Shown here piece after piece: positions 52,261-64,000 of a DNA stretch of 64,000 nucleotides. The stretch is taken from NCBI RefSeq assembly GCF_036321535.1, contig NC_087437.1:59150001-59214000 (forward strand). Reading direction: 5' to 3'. The position numbers were made by a program, and so were the translations under genes. The notes below the pieces were generated by a model, which saw only the letters and a program-made list of their open reading frames with translations, did not search any database and had not been told where the DNA came from. The DNA is from Camelus dromedarius. Its lineage: Eukaryota. Each line of letters begins with the position of its first letter. Positions within the stretch are counted from its first letter, which is position 1.

Positions 52261-52564
52261 TACTGAAGAACTATGGAACATTCCAGGCACTGGGGCACTG
52301 GAAGGAGATGCTTTGGAGGAACTTAGCCATCCTCATACTGCAAGAAAACAAGGCAGCGTGCACCCAGCTTACTGTTTCTCCAAACTTAGAGTACTAAGGA
52401 TGTAAAATAAAACATACAGATAAGAAGGGAAAAACCCTATGAGATATTTTTGGACACAGCATTGTGGCTTATTGCATTATGAATTCATCTAGACCATTAC
52501 GCCAGTGGGTCTGCATTTGCTCCACAGCCCTGGGATAGCTATAGACCTAGAATTGGACAAAATT

Positions 52565-52740
52565 GAGTTTTCAAGCCTGATTGAGCATTAGAATCTCTGG
52601 GGAAGTTTTTTAAAAAATTGATATCTGGGTCTCCTCAGGCCAACTAAATCATAATTTCTGGAAGTGGAGGCCCAGGCACCTGTGGGTTTTTTTTAAACCT
52701 CCCCCAGTTGATTCCAGGATCCAGTAAGCACTGAGAAGCA
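52565..52740. mobile_element. MER5-family hAT MITE remnant
   Basis: gcattagaatctctggggaagttttttaaa...ttttttaaacctcccccagttgattcc...actgagaagca. Confidence 0.6.
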
Positions 52741-53123
52741 GCCTCCTTGTTATATAGATGAGGCCCAGAGAGGAGCTGTAATTTGCCAAAGGCCAAATGT
52801 TAAGGAAGGGGAACCGAGTACCCTGATTTCTCTCCAGATCCCGTCAAAAGGTCTACTGCTGCACTGGACTGGGATGCCCACAAGGAGACAAGCAGCAGGA
52901 CAGAAGACCCCTGGGTGCACAGCACACTCAGATCTGCCTCTTTGTCTCTTACCTCAGTCTGTGGGAAGCTCAGGGCCTCCTGCTTCCTGTCAGCGCCAAC
53001 CTCAAGACCTTAGGCACCCTCCATGGCCAGGACTTGCACCACAGCGGGCTGGGGCCTGGCCTCCTCAGCCCTGAAGAGAACCACTCACTCCCACTTCCAC
53101 CCCTATGGTTTCCCCACTTTCCC

Positions 53124-53246
53124 CAGGGGGTTGCATCACCAGATAAAATACCCAGTTACAGTTGGATTTCAGATAAACTACAAATCAAGTTTTTAGTATA
53201 TGTCCCATGCAACATGCATGTGCTTATTGGTAAGTCAAGCAATCCT
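53124..53246. mobile_element. MER53-like hAT MITE (partial)
   Basis: gggttgc..ccagataaaatacccagtta..ttggatttcagataaac...tttttagtata..gtcccatgcaa...gcaatcct. Confidence 0.65.
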
Positions 53247-54058
53247 GCTCAAAGAGCACAGAGAGTCTGATCTCGCCTAACAAACTTGAAAGGGCAAGCA
53301 AGCAGTTTGCCCAGACAACGCAACCCCTGTCAGCCAGGGCTCTTTTCCCAGCACCATTTGGCACAAAGAAAAATTATTATATTTTAACTTTGCAAAGAGT
53401 TGTATTTGGGGAAAAATATAATTAAGAGAAATGTCTGCTCAATTATCTTGTTCCTTTATCCCTGGCAGTAGACACAAGGCTATTTGGACCATGAGCTGTA
53501 ACTCAGACAGGCTTCCATCTGATGGAGATTTGCAAAGTGCCTTCTATGTGCCCAGCTGGAAGCCAGCAGCCTGTGCAGCCCGGCCTGAACCTAAGCAGTG
53601 AGAGCACAGAACCCTCAGTTGCTCAGGGCTGCCTCCTTTCTGTTCTGAGGAGGCAACGTTCCCCAACCTTGGAAGACATGGTCAAGATTATTCTTAAACC
53701 AGATGCCTTTGGGAATTGAACCAAATGAATTTGGGAGAAAGGCTGTTCCTTTGGCGAATCTACCAAACTACCTTCCATCACCTTAGAATTTAACTTATTT
53801 GTATCCTAGGAAGCATGTCTTTTTGAAAGGGCATCATTGGACATGGGGGAGAACTTGCACTTCCTTGTCTAAAGCTGGCATCTTGCTCCCTGCTTCCCCC
53901 AGAACTGCCCCTGCCCTTGATCACTGGCTTCACTGTCCTCCCCACCTTCTAGGACAGAAAATGAAGGGTCACCACGGGTTTCTCTCTCTCTTCCCTCCAG
54001 CCCCCTGGCACCGTCTTCCAGCCTCACCCACCTGACCCCTGACCCCCTCAACAAACCC

Positions 54059-54064
54059 TTTATT
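54059..54064 (-). terminator. Candidate distal polyadenylation signal for CPN2
   Basis: AATAAA on the minus strand about 2.0 kb after the stop (gtcaaataaagggtttgttgag). Confidence 0.45.
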
Positions 54065-55795
54065 TGACTCAGTCCTCTTGGAGTGTCCTCGGAGGAGTGG
54101 CTGTGCCTGCCAGGGGTACCTGGAGGCTCCCCTGTGCCCACACTGGGAGTGATCCAGCTTCCTAAATTTTGTGGGGTTGATAGGTACAAAGTGATACTTA
54201 CACTGTTTGAATTTGCATTTCTGTAATTCACGTTTCGATCTTGTAATCCATCTGTGTATGTGCTGTTTGGATGCTGAAGACTTTTCATTCTATTTCCTTG
54301 ACATCCCTGGTCCTCGTTGCTCTCAGCTCAAGCCAGGCAAGAGTCCTGTTTTCCCTGTCTCTTGCTTTCCTCAGACTCACAGGCAGGGGTGTGACCCTCC
54401 TCAGGGCATCCTTAATGAATATGCAAACTCCTTGCTAGGTGCATCGAGGCCCTTTGGGATGTGGCTCCAGCGGATCCTCCCCTCCTCTCCCACCAGCACC
54501 CTGCTCCAGAGACCTCGACCCTGACCTCACTCGCTTGCCTGTCTCCATCCCTTGGTTCACACCCTTCTCGAGCAATCTCTTTGCCCTCCCTATGCTACCT
54601 GTTGCCTCTTCAAGGCCCAGAATCAAATGCAGCTTCCTGAGGTCTTCGGTTGCCCGGACCTTACCTCCCTTGAACTCCCCAGCTTTTGCTGGGGGTTTGT
54701 GTTTTCCTCCCGTGAACCCCTGTCTGACCTCTCCCATCAGACCACGAGCTCCCGGAGGGTCTGCTGTGCATCTGACCTGTTTCTCCCTCCCCGACCCCAG
54801 CGCTTCACCAAGCCTGTCCTGCAGCAGGTGGGGAAACCAGAAAGGGGGCTATGCTGTGGCTCAGTCCAGGGGGGCCAAGAGCTTCCCTGGGCTGGGACTG
54901 GGAAGAAGCGATGGACGGAGGGACCTTCAGAAGCACCCAGTGACTGAGGATGAAGGGGAGGAGAGATTGGAGGCTATGCCCAGCTCCTGGGGTTGGTGAT
55001 CTGCTGGGTGGGTCTCCCGCAGGAGTTGGGGACAGAGTTTGGTTTAGACGTGTTTGTGGCCGTGATAATAGAACACGGGGCTACTGAGCAGGCAGATGTC
55101 TTATCATGGAGCCAAAAACCAGAGCCCGGGATGGAGAGTGAGGTCCTCAGCATAGAGGCGGCATCTGCCCCCCAAGGGCCTGGACGGGGATTACCCAGGG
55201 AGCCTCAAGGACAGGCAACTCTGAGGAGGCCAGCATGGAAGAGGTGGCTGGGAACGACTGAGAGCCATCGGGCTTGGGTAAAAGGGTGGGGTCCCCAAAA
55301 CCACAGGAGAACCACTTCGGTGAGTGAGCGGCACCCCCAAAGGCAGACGCTGAGGAGGGCAGTGCGTCGGCCCCAGCCCACCCAGCTCACCGTGCTCCCT
55401 CTTCTCCCCTGGGGGCTGAACAGGCAAAGCCATGGCTCTCTCTCTGGGGGCTTCGTGTTGTGAAAGCCAAACAGCCGGCGTTTACCTTCCTGAGGCCGCA
55501 TCATCCTGATTTCTCCTGGAGGCACTGGAGGTGGGCACTGACCCCATGGGTCCCCTGTGCACCAAGTCAGGCTCCTGCCCCTCATCCTTCCAGTCACCTC
55601 TACATCTGTTGTCTCCTCTTTTTCTCTTTAGCAATTAAAAACACGTTTCCAGGCAGAAAAATAGAAACAGGCATTGGCTTTTAACTGGATGTCAAAGGAG
55701 GGTGGAAATGGAATAGTGGCGGAAGAGGACCTCGGGTCGGGATGAGACGGGGGTAGGCATTAAATAATAAAAAAACACCAGGGGAGCAGCGTTAT

Positions 55796-55801
55796 TTTAT
55801 T
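55796..55801 (-). terminator. Candidate proximal polyadenylation signal for CPN2
   Basis: AATAAA on the minus strand about 265 nt after the stop, followed by a U-rich tract (ggtgttttttttattattt). Confidence 0.5.
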
Positions 55802-56066
55802 CTCTGGACCACAATGCAGCTTTAGCGGGTGCTTTGCAAAGCTTGAGGAAGGCCTTGTGAGGTCTCAGACTCAGACTGGGGTAGTGGAGGAAGAGGGGAG
55901 ACAGAGACTCAGGGTGCTGGAGCCAGCCGCCTCCACCTCCTCCACCTTGGAGATGTAAGTCCATCCCTTGTATCTGAAAACACCAAGCTTCAGCTCCCCT
56001 CCGCCATCTCCTGCCTGGTCAGGCCCAGAGGCCGTCTGCCCAGCTCCTGGCCCCTATGCCCTGGGC

Positions 56067-57710
56067 CTAGGGCTTCCTTGCCCGGGCCTCAATGGACACA
56101 GTGACCCTCACGGAGCCACAGCTGGACTTCAAGTCCCACTCCTGACTGGCATTGAGCGCCAGTGCTGGGAAGCCCGAGCCCTGCCTGGAGGACAGCTGGA
56201 TGTTCAGCCAGCGACACTGGGCCTCATCACAAGCCAGCACCACGGTGCCCTCGGTGTTGCTGTAGGTGCACCGGCCCCGCACTGCCCTCTCCTCCGCAGC
56301 CAGATCCCAGCCACCCCCTGGCTCCCTGTCCTCCAGCCTCGGGGCCTGGAAGCCCAAGCGGTCCCGAGCGACGGGGCACACCAGCTGCTCCTCCTTCAAG
56401 GCAGGCACCACCTGGCCCTTCAGGTAGGCGGGGCCGGCACAGTAGGTCTGGATGTTGAAGAGCCGGTCGCTGTACTGGTGCAGCCAGTTGAAGAGGTAGG
56501 CCAGGTGGCAATCACACTGCCAAGGGTTGCCATGGAGGGCGAGGTTGAACAGGTTGTAGTTGGTGTCGAAGATGCCCTCCGGGAGCGTGGTCAGGTGGTT
56601 CTTGGAGAGGCTAAGCACCTCAAGTTTGGACAGGTTCTGAAAGAGGGCAGGGTGCAAGGCCGTCAGGTTGTTGCTACCCAGGTAGAGTTTGATCAGCCCC
56701 TCCAGGTCCCTGAAGATGCTAGCCGGGAGATGGGTGAGGGCGTTGTGTGAGAGCGTGAGAAAACTGAGGCCAGATAGGTTGGCAAAGGCCCCCTCGGCAA
56801 CAGTTTCCAGCTGGTTGTGGGACAAGGACAGGCTGACCAGGCCAGGGGAACGGGAGAAGAGGCCAGCGGGCAGCGTCTGCAGCTTGTTCCCCTGCAGGTT
56901 CAGGAAGGTCAGGTTGCGCAGGGCAGAGAAGACGGACGAGGGCAGGTGCCTGATGGCGTTGCGCTGCAGCCACAGCTTCTCCAGGCGGGACAGCTGCGCG
57001 AACACTTCCGAAGGCAGCTCGGAGATGCTGTTACCATCCAGGGAGAGTTCCTGCAGTCTGCCCAGATTGCTGAACACCCCCTGGGGCAAGCCAGTCAGCG
57101 CATTGTTGCTCAGCTTCAGGGTCTGCAGGCTGCAGAGGGGGTCAAACAGCTCCTCGGGCAGCTGGGTCAGGAGGTTCTGAGCGAGGTTGAGGGTCCTCAG
57201 ACGTCTCAGAGGCTGGAAGACTGTCCCGGTCAGGGTCTGGAGCCGGTTTCCCTGAAGCTGGAGGGACTCCAGTGCATCCATATGGTGGAAGAAGCCCACA
57301 GGCAGAGCCTCCAGCATGTTGAAATTGAGGGTGAACTTGCCCAATGAGGTCAGGTTGGAGAAGACATCGGCGCTGAGGTTGGAGAAGGTGCTGCCAGTGA
57401 TCTCCAGGTCCTCAAGCCTTGGCAGCCCCCCGAAGGCATCCGGCCCGAAGTGGCACACGTTGGTGTTGAGGAAGACCACCTTGGTCAGGTTGGGGCTGCC
57501 GCTGAAGGCCCTGGCTCCCACCGTGGTGAACGAGGTCTCTACGAAGATGATGTGTGTAGCATAGGAGGGGATGTCCAGTGGGATGGCAGCCAGCTCCTCA
57601 TCAGAGCAGAACACCTCCTGGATGAAACAGTCACACCCCACAGGGCAGGGCTGGGCAAGCTGGGCCAGGAGCAGGAGGCAAGCCCAGTGCAGCCAGGCTC
57701 CGAGCAGCAT
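56067..57710 (-). CDS. CPN2: Carboxypeptidase N subunit 2 (regulatory LRR subunit), whole CDS in one exon, 547 aa
   Basis: Signal peptide MLLGAWLHWACLLLLAQLAQP, LRR N-cap CPVGCDCFIQEVFCSDEEL, about 12-13 typical LRRs (LxxLxLxxNxLxxLP), LRR C-cap GNPWQCDCHLAYLFNWL, and the CPN2-type C-terminal Cys domain (CTYSNTEGTVVLACDEAQCRWLNIQL...WDLKSSCG). No transmembrane segment. Recognised from memory of mammalian CPN2. Confidence 0.97.
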   Translation of the reverse strand: MLLGAWLHWACLLLLAQLAQPCPVGCDCFIQEVFCSDEELAAIPLDIPSYATHIIFVETSFTTVGARAFSGSPNLTKVVFLNTNVCHFGPDAFGGLPRLEDLEITGSTFSNLSADVFSNLTSLGKFTLNFNMLEALPVGFFHHMDALESLQLQGNRLQTLTGTVFQPLRRLRTLNLAQNLLTQLPEELFDPLCSLQTLKLSNNALTGLPQGVFSNLGRLQELSLDGNSISELPSEVFAQLSRLEKLWLQRNAIRHLPSSVFSALRNLTFLNLQGNKLQTLPAGLFSRSPGLVSLSLSHNQLETVAEGAFANLSGLSFLTLSHNALTHLPASIFRDLEGLIKLYLGSNNLTALHPALFQNLSKLEVLSLSKNHLTTLPEGIFDTNYNLFNLALHGNPWQCDCHLAYLFNWLHQYSDRLFNIQTYCAGPAYLKGQVVPALKEEQLVCPVARDRLGFQAPRLEDREPGGGWDLAAEERAVRGRCTYSNTEGTVVLACDEAQCRWLNIQLSSRQGSGFPALALNASQEWDLKSSCGSVRVTVSIEARARKP

Positions 57711-57713
57711 CTC

Positions 57714-57745
57714 CTAGATCCACGTGGGAAGAGAAAACAGAAGCA
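57714..57745 (-). other. CPN2: Splice acceptor of the CPN2 coding exon (exon starts about 57713, 3 nt before the ATG)
   Basis: Minus strand reads cttctgttttctcttcccacgtggatctAG|gagATG: a pyrimidine tract plus AG at 57715-57714. This fits the known two-exon CPN2 structure with a non-coding exon 1. Confidence 0.8.
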
Positions 57746-58744
57746 GTACCTTCACCTAGAGCAGCGTGGTCCTGTGACCAGCACACTGGCCAGCGAGCCA
57801 GGAGATGGGGAGCCTGTTTGTGTTTTTAATACCATCTCACAGCAGCCTGTGAGGACCAGAGTTCCGACCTCCTGACAGTGAGGGTGCCACATGGCCTGTC
57901 CACAGTCACCCTGCTGGTTAGTGGCAGGACCAAGCCTCTGGTCTCCTGGACTTCCTGTGTTCTTTCCAGATTGGAAAAATAGGTGAAAATGAGACCAAAA
58001 GGCATGGAAGAGAGGTATAAAAGGAGACCATGGATACTGTGGAATTTTTAAGATAATTTGTAAAATATGGGCAGATTATTTCTAAATTGGAAATTTTTAA
58101 ACCATAACTCTTCCCAAGTTTCCAAATCTCAGCACATTTCAAGAGCCTAATTATGAGGAGATCTTACCATCTGCTCTTGCTTCACTAAGAGTGAGCACAG
58201 CTGCAGGGACAAGATGGGCTCTTGTCTTCAAATGAGTCTGCCTGCTCCTCAGTACTGCTGCCCATGTGCTCCCCTCCTGCCCCCTCCTACTCCCTCCGCC
58301 CCCCCCCAACCACCATGGAGCCCACGGAACTTTCCAGCATCATGTGGACAGGAGGGTCCCAGATGCAGAGATTCCATAGACTGGTAGATTTTTGTTTGGG
58401 GGCTTTTGTTTTAAATGAGTGAAGGAGACCAGGTTTTCAGTTCACCAAATATTAATTTTTTTTTCTTAAACGCCAGCATCCACTCACAGGTCACAAATTG
58501 GTGATGCCCCTTACACGCATGTTTGGTTTACCACTCAGTCTGTTTTATATGTGAACCATTAGCCAGTAGGTAGAAACTGAGCCATATCACAGTAAACATT
58601 TCCAGATTTCAGGGTGATTCAGGGGCGTTGGGCTTACATTCCCACATGACAACAGCAACGGGGGTTTAATCGCCCCAGTAAGGGATCTGCAACCCCCAGG
58701 TCACTATCGCTCTCACCCACGTCACCATTTACATGTCTCGTAGT

Positions 58745-58960
58745 GGTCAAGTTCCATGACTTGGAATCCCAGCTCCATTACATTCTACCTATGTGACCTT
58801 GGGCAGATGCTTCAATTCCCTTATCTGTAAAATGAGGATAATAACAGTGCTAACCATGTTAGGGTAATTGTGAGGATTAAATGAATAAATATAGATAAAA
58901 GTTTTAGAACAGTGTCTGCCGCAGTGTGAGCAATTAATAAACCATGTTAACTATTGTTAA
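58745..58960 (+). mobile_element. MIR SINE
   Basis: gaatcccagctccatt...tgtgaccttgggcagatgctt...tatctgtaaaatgaggataataacag...ttgtgaggattaaatga. Confidence 0.8.
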
Positions 58961-61164
58961 ATGTTGCAAACCACCATCATTACAGAAAAGTTTATTGGAA
59001 TAAGAAAAAAGTAGGAAGAATAAAATGCCCTTTAGATAGAATACGTTTAGCTTTAAAGAAAAAAGGAAGACAGGTAGACAGAAAAAAGGAAAGGCAGAAA
59101 GAAAGAGAAAACTCTCAGGCAATATAATCGTAGTTTTTCTCAATTTACTTGTCCTCAGCAAGAACTCACAGCGGGCTCCCTGCTGGGAAATCCTGGCCCC
59201 AAGCCCCCTTTGCTGGCTGCCTCCTGCATCGCAAGGTTCAGCTTGTGGCCAAAGGGCTCACATGCAAACATGGCTTACAAAAGCCCCCTATACCCTCTTC
59301 CCATTCACTCAATAACTCTCAGTTTTCCCAGGAATTTTTCCACCTAAACAATAGAGAAGGAACAGTTTCTCCCTGAGAAAGTGCATACCTCCCTTGAGGC
59401 TTTTCTGATGGCCGCCCAGGTAAGGCACAGGAGGTGGATTTTACACCGTGGTAGGGAAGGTCTCTAACAGTGCCGGCACCTGCCTGCCACTCAGGACACA
59501 GGAGGGAAGGGGACAAGCCTCCTGGTCCTACCACCCTTAGACCAGTGTTACAGAGTTCAGCCTTAGCATGAGATTTGAGATTGTATGCACACAAAACAGA
59601 TCAGAAGCAGAGGCCCTGGCTGAAGAAGGATGAGGTAGCCATGGTCCCACCCACATCTGCCACCTGGGCTGCCCCTAGGACCTTCCACAAAACCCCCAGA
59701 TCCTGACAGAAGCCTTCTCTGACCCCAGGAACGAGGGACCTGGTGGTATGTTTATCTTAGTCCTTAGCCTCGTCCTCCGAATCATGGGTTCTCAGACTGT
59801 CCTTTTTGTGAGAAGATGAGTGTAGTCCTCTGTACGCTCAGCATCCAGCAGTGTTGACTCACCGTGGCTCGGCTAGGCTTCGTGGGACTGAACCGTCCAC
59901 AGCCAGGCTGAGCAGCTTGAGAGACAGACCTACCCTTCCCTGGAACGGATCCAGCCTGGAGTGAATGACCGCAGCCCAACATGAGCGTGGCCTTGAACCT
60001 TCCCCTCTCCCCCACAGAGTAAGAAGGGAGCAATTCTTGCTTGTAACATGTCATTATGTCATCAGTGTCCTAGTCCCCTTCCTGCTAACCCCTCTGGTCC
60101 TTGGTTCTCAAAGGCAGTTTCCAGATGACATCCCACGGGAATGGACATGGGGGCCCTAGAGGTCATCTGGCCAACCTCACTGGGAGAGCAAGGCCAGGTG
60201 CTGGAGACGCGGGTGAAAGGAAAAGACCCGTGGGGGAGACCGTGCCTACCTGCCCAGCTGCCCTAGGAGGCGTCCTCTCTCCCCGCTGTGCCTCTGACTT
60301 CTAACCCACTGTCACTCGGAAATAATGTGCTTTAGAATTTTCCAACAAAGGAAGTAACTTGAGAATTCAGGACTTGCATCAGCATGGAAAATTCGTGTAA
60401 ACAAGTCAGCTTAGTCCCAGGCATTGGGGATGGGGGGCCTCTCTAATGTGGGGGGCTAAGCAAGGAGGTGAAGCCCACCTGCCGGCTCCCAAAGCTCTCA
60501 CACCTGCATCTTGATCCTCAGAGCAAATTCAGAAATTCCCAGAACAGGAACACTGGGGCTCCCAGAGCTACAGCGACTGGTCCGAGGGCACACAGCTAAG
60601 ACGTGTGGGGCCAGGATGGGTCCCCATGGCCTGAGTCCTCAGCAAGATGCTTGCAGTGACAACACGAGGCTTCTGGAACAGGCAGACCCATCCTCACATT
60701 TGCAGGACCCAAGGTGAACACCTACAAAGGACCTCACCTGCTGCCTGTCCCCTTCCCCTCTCACCTAACTCTCTCCAATACTGGGAGTAGAGACCCCACC
60801 CACAGCTGCCCCCCAGCACCCCACAAGCCTAAGGGCACACACTTCTGTGACAGGTCAGCCTAAGGAAGATGGACGTGGGGAGGCAACCCACACAAGCCCT
60901 GGGACCTAGGTACCAGAAGCAGGATTTAAAATGGGGACACAGCCTCCAGACAAACATCTCCCTTTGATCTTGCAAACTTCTCACCCCTTGGGGGTGTCCT
61001 GGTGGGAGAAGGGCCAGAATAGGACCTCTAAGATTCAGAGCAGGACTCTTGTCCCCGTCCACTGGGGTGGGAGGAAGCAGCGAGTGGTCCTCACAGTGAA
61101 GGTGGGGAACACTGATCATTTCCAAACGCTCCATTCCCAGCCCAAGACTCATTCTCACATCGTC

Positions 61165-61400
61165 CTAGAATGGCTAAGAGTTTGGGTTCTGGAGTCAGAC
61201 AATCTGAGTTCAAATCTTGTCTCTCCCTTATTAGCTGTGTGGGCTGGACTGAATTACTTAAACTCTCTGTGCCTCAACTGCCTCATCTTCAAAACAGCAA
61301 GCTTCAGCACTACCCTCCTGGTGGGGTGGCTCTGGGGACTGGATGAGACAATGTGCTGAGCGCTCCACCGCCAGCGCAGGGCACACAGAGAGCACTCAGC
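61165..61400 (+). mobile_element. MIR SINE
   Basis: tggctaagagt..ggttctggagtcagac..ctgagttcaaatc...ttacttaaactctctgtgcctca. Confidence 0.75.
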
Positions 61401-62609
61401 AGCAGCAGATCAGGGCAGCCCCAGCTCTGTTCTGAAGTAGTCGCAGAAGTCAGCTAAAGAAAAACGGATGAGATCACCCAACCACTTCATTTATGGCCCA
61501 GCGAGATCCCTCTCCACAGCACTTTTTCCAGCTCTTTCTTCCTTAGCCACGGGAAATGGGTGATTGTTTTGTCCCTGGCTTAGTGGGGCTCAGATTCCGC
61601 TGGCTCTGGCCAGGATGCCCCTATATTCGGGCCCCTTCGCCAAGCCACCCTCAAGAGCAGGTCACCAGGGGCTCTGGAGATAGGAACTGTCCCTGCCTCG
61701 GTACCATGGAGGCTGGCACCAGAGAGGACAGTGGGGCGGCTGCCAGAAGATTCCTGCTTGTCATCTGAGAAACCACTTCTGCCTGTGTGCAGAGACCAGC
61801 AAATGCCCACAGAAATGTTCTGTGCTTTCAGCAAGCTGAGGAAGCCTGGCTTTTATGGGGTGGGGAGGCGTGACTGGTTGCTTTCCGGTGGGTACATATC
61901 TGCGTGTGCCACAAACAAGCTTGTCATCCACCACAGAGCCAGCCCTCACTCCTTCCAGAGGGTGGTGGGAGCCCAGCCCTGCCCCCGCTCCCCTGGGGAC
62001 TGCTGCTTGACTTAGGGTGTCCACGTCAGGGTCTGTCTCACCAACAGGCCTGGATTTAGCTGCTTGGGCTGCAGTACATCTGGGAACAGGAAGGGGGGCT
62101 TCCAAGACTCATCGGAGCCTCTGACTGTCCCATCAGGTCCCTGGAACCCTGGTCCCCTTTCCTTTCAACCCAGAGAGATAAGGCAAGTGGCTGGGGCAGT
62201 GGGACCTGGGCTGGGTTCCTGCCTTGGCCCCTCCCCTGCCAGCCAGCCCTCCCCACCCTGCTGCCCTCCAGGCCAACCCAAGTCACACCTCCCCAGGGAA
62301 GCCTTCCGTGACTGCGCCTCCTTTGGATTCCACAGGTGTCATGTCTTCTATTGAACACGTGGGTCCTTCTGCTTTGCATTCTGCTCAATTGCACCATCTG
62401 ACCATGAGCCCCTGGGGGAGGAGTCCTGCCACCTGCAGCATCTCTTACCTGGCTGTGCACCCCAGCACCTGGCCTGGGGATGCTCACAGAGAAGGTGCTC
62501 GGGCCCTGGATGTTGAATTGAACTAAATGTGCTTGTGGCTCTCATGAGCCTATAGCTAGCTATAGCTTACTCTTTGTCCTGCTTTGTGGATTGGGGCTCT
62601 GTCAGCGTT

Positions 62610-62830
62610 GAGCCCTAGGTACAAATTCTGACACCACTACCTACTAGCTGTGTGGTCTAGGGCTGCCCACTCCAGCTTGCCAAGCCTCAGTTTCCCAATG
62701 CATGATTATAGCCCTATCCCTTAGTGTTAAAATTAGCACTCAACTGGATGATAAAGATGCTAAATTAGATGGTAATTAATAAAGCACTTAATACAGTGCC
62801 TGGCAAATAATAAATGTTCTAATAATAAAA
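62610..62830 (+). mobile_element. MIR SINE
   Basis: ctactagctgtgtgg...aagcctcagtttcc...taaagcacttaatacagtgcctggca. Confidence 0.6.
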
Positions 62831-63973
62831 GGTTGCCACATACATGCTTTATTTCTAGACTGACTATACTCTATTATGCAAACTGGACCCTGCTGGGAAT
62901 AAAAGGGGCACTACTGATAATTATTCCACGAAGACAAGCATAAATGAGGGTGGAACCAGGCACACCTAGACATATGGTCACACTACTTATCCCCACCATT
63001 CACTAGGAGCTCTCTGAGCACAGGGACCAGGTCCCCTTCATCTCAGAATCCCCCTACTGTGACCTGCCTCCTGCCCCAGCCCAACACCACCCTGGCTGAG
63101 TATCTCCGGCGCTTCTCCCACCCAGGCAGGGGGACACAGAAAGTGCAGCCTGCCTGGAGCTGGGGACATGCTCTGAAACCTGGGAGGAGTGGTCAGCCTA
63201 TCTCCTGCCCTTGAGCAAGGACCCCAGGCCAGATTCCTCCCCTCTCCCATAGACCCCGGAGCCCTGCAGTGACCCCAAGAGACCTACCGTGAGGGGCAGG
63301 GACCGGCTGCCCTGGCTCTTCCTCGGGAATAGAAGGGCCTCTGGGATGGTCAGTGGTCAGCAGCCCTGGTGCTGGTCAAAGTTCCAGGCAGTGGTTCCTC
63401 CCCTCACGTGGCCTGAGTGTTCCTGGAACACCAGGGTCACAGGACAGCAGGAGAGAACCGAGGCAAGGCCTCTGAAGATTACGAAGTGACCCTGAACCTT
63501 TCCCATGGACAGATCCCCGTTGGGGCCAAAATCCAGCTAAGGAGTATGGGCTTGGCACCTTTAGGACCCCAAGGGCATCCACCTGGCCCTAGAAAGTTCC
63601 CAGGCGGCTGCTCCGGAGTCAGGGGACTGGAGTCAGGGGCCCACACTCACATCCCCTCCTGTGCAAGGCCGACCTCAGCTGGCAGCCGGCCCCAGGCACC
63701 TACCCGCTGACTCTCAATGCCAGGAGGAATTCCAAGGGGGTTGTGGGTTTGTTGTCTTGTGTTTGTTTCTCTATTTAATGCTTATTTAACTTGCTAAACC
63801 CCTTCTGAGTTAAAAGGGGGAAAAGAGATAGGGAGGGGAATTTTGGCCCAACGTGGAGAGGCACGCTTTCACCACTGGGATTATCCAAGGATGAAAGTTT
63901 GCTTTGGGAGGTAGTGATTTTCCAGCCCTGAAACTGTTCATCCAGGGGCTGCGGAACCAAGTCAAGAGTGCAC

Positions 63974-63998
63974 GTGTGTGTGTGTGTGTGTGTGTGTG
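63974..63998. repeat. (TG)n microsatellite
   Basis: About 12 uninterrupted GT/TG units at the end of the window. Confidence 0.95.
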
Positions 63999-64000
63999 AG

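Noticed and set aside
55968..57875. Long plus-strand ORFs (260, 163, 176, 141 aa) overlapping CPN2
   Set aside because: Antisense shadows of a GC-rich, codon-biased LRR coding sequence, with no independent protein features.
1..64000. CRISPR arrays, operons, tRNA/rRNA genes, or a new multi-gene system
   Set aside because: This is eukaryotic DNA. I saw no regularly spaced repeat-spacer array or structured RNA gene, and nearly all short ORFs in the track are consistent with chance.

Overview
Mammalian genomic DNA, probably a cetartiodactyl and possibly a camelid, judged from the L1 3' ends and the absence of recognisable ruminant, pig, primate or rodent SINEs. There is one clear protein-coding gene: CPN2 (carboxypeptidase N regulatory subunit, an LRR protein), whose single coding exon lies on the minus strand at 56067-57710. 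Its non-coding first exon is probably beyond the right edge. The rest is intergenic: a COX5B processed copy nested in a MaLR LTR, an ~8 kb block of old L1, many L2/MIR/MER5/MLT remnants, and several CpG-rich or motif-dense candidate regulatory elements. The most unusual observation is in the COX5B retrocopy. It keeps an uninterrupted 139-codon frame and carries a net in-frame insertion containing a perfect 29-bp inverted copy of sequence 845 bp downstream, the signature of a locally templated insertion. I found no convincing evidence of a new multi-gene system. A possible decayed multi-exon gene at the left end is reported as weak. Repeat family names come from recalled consensus motifs and most boundaries are approximate.
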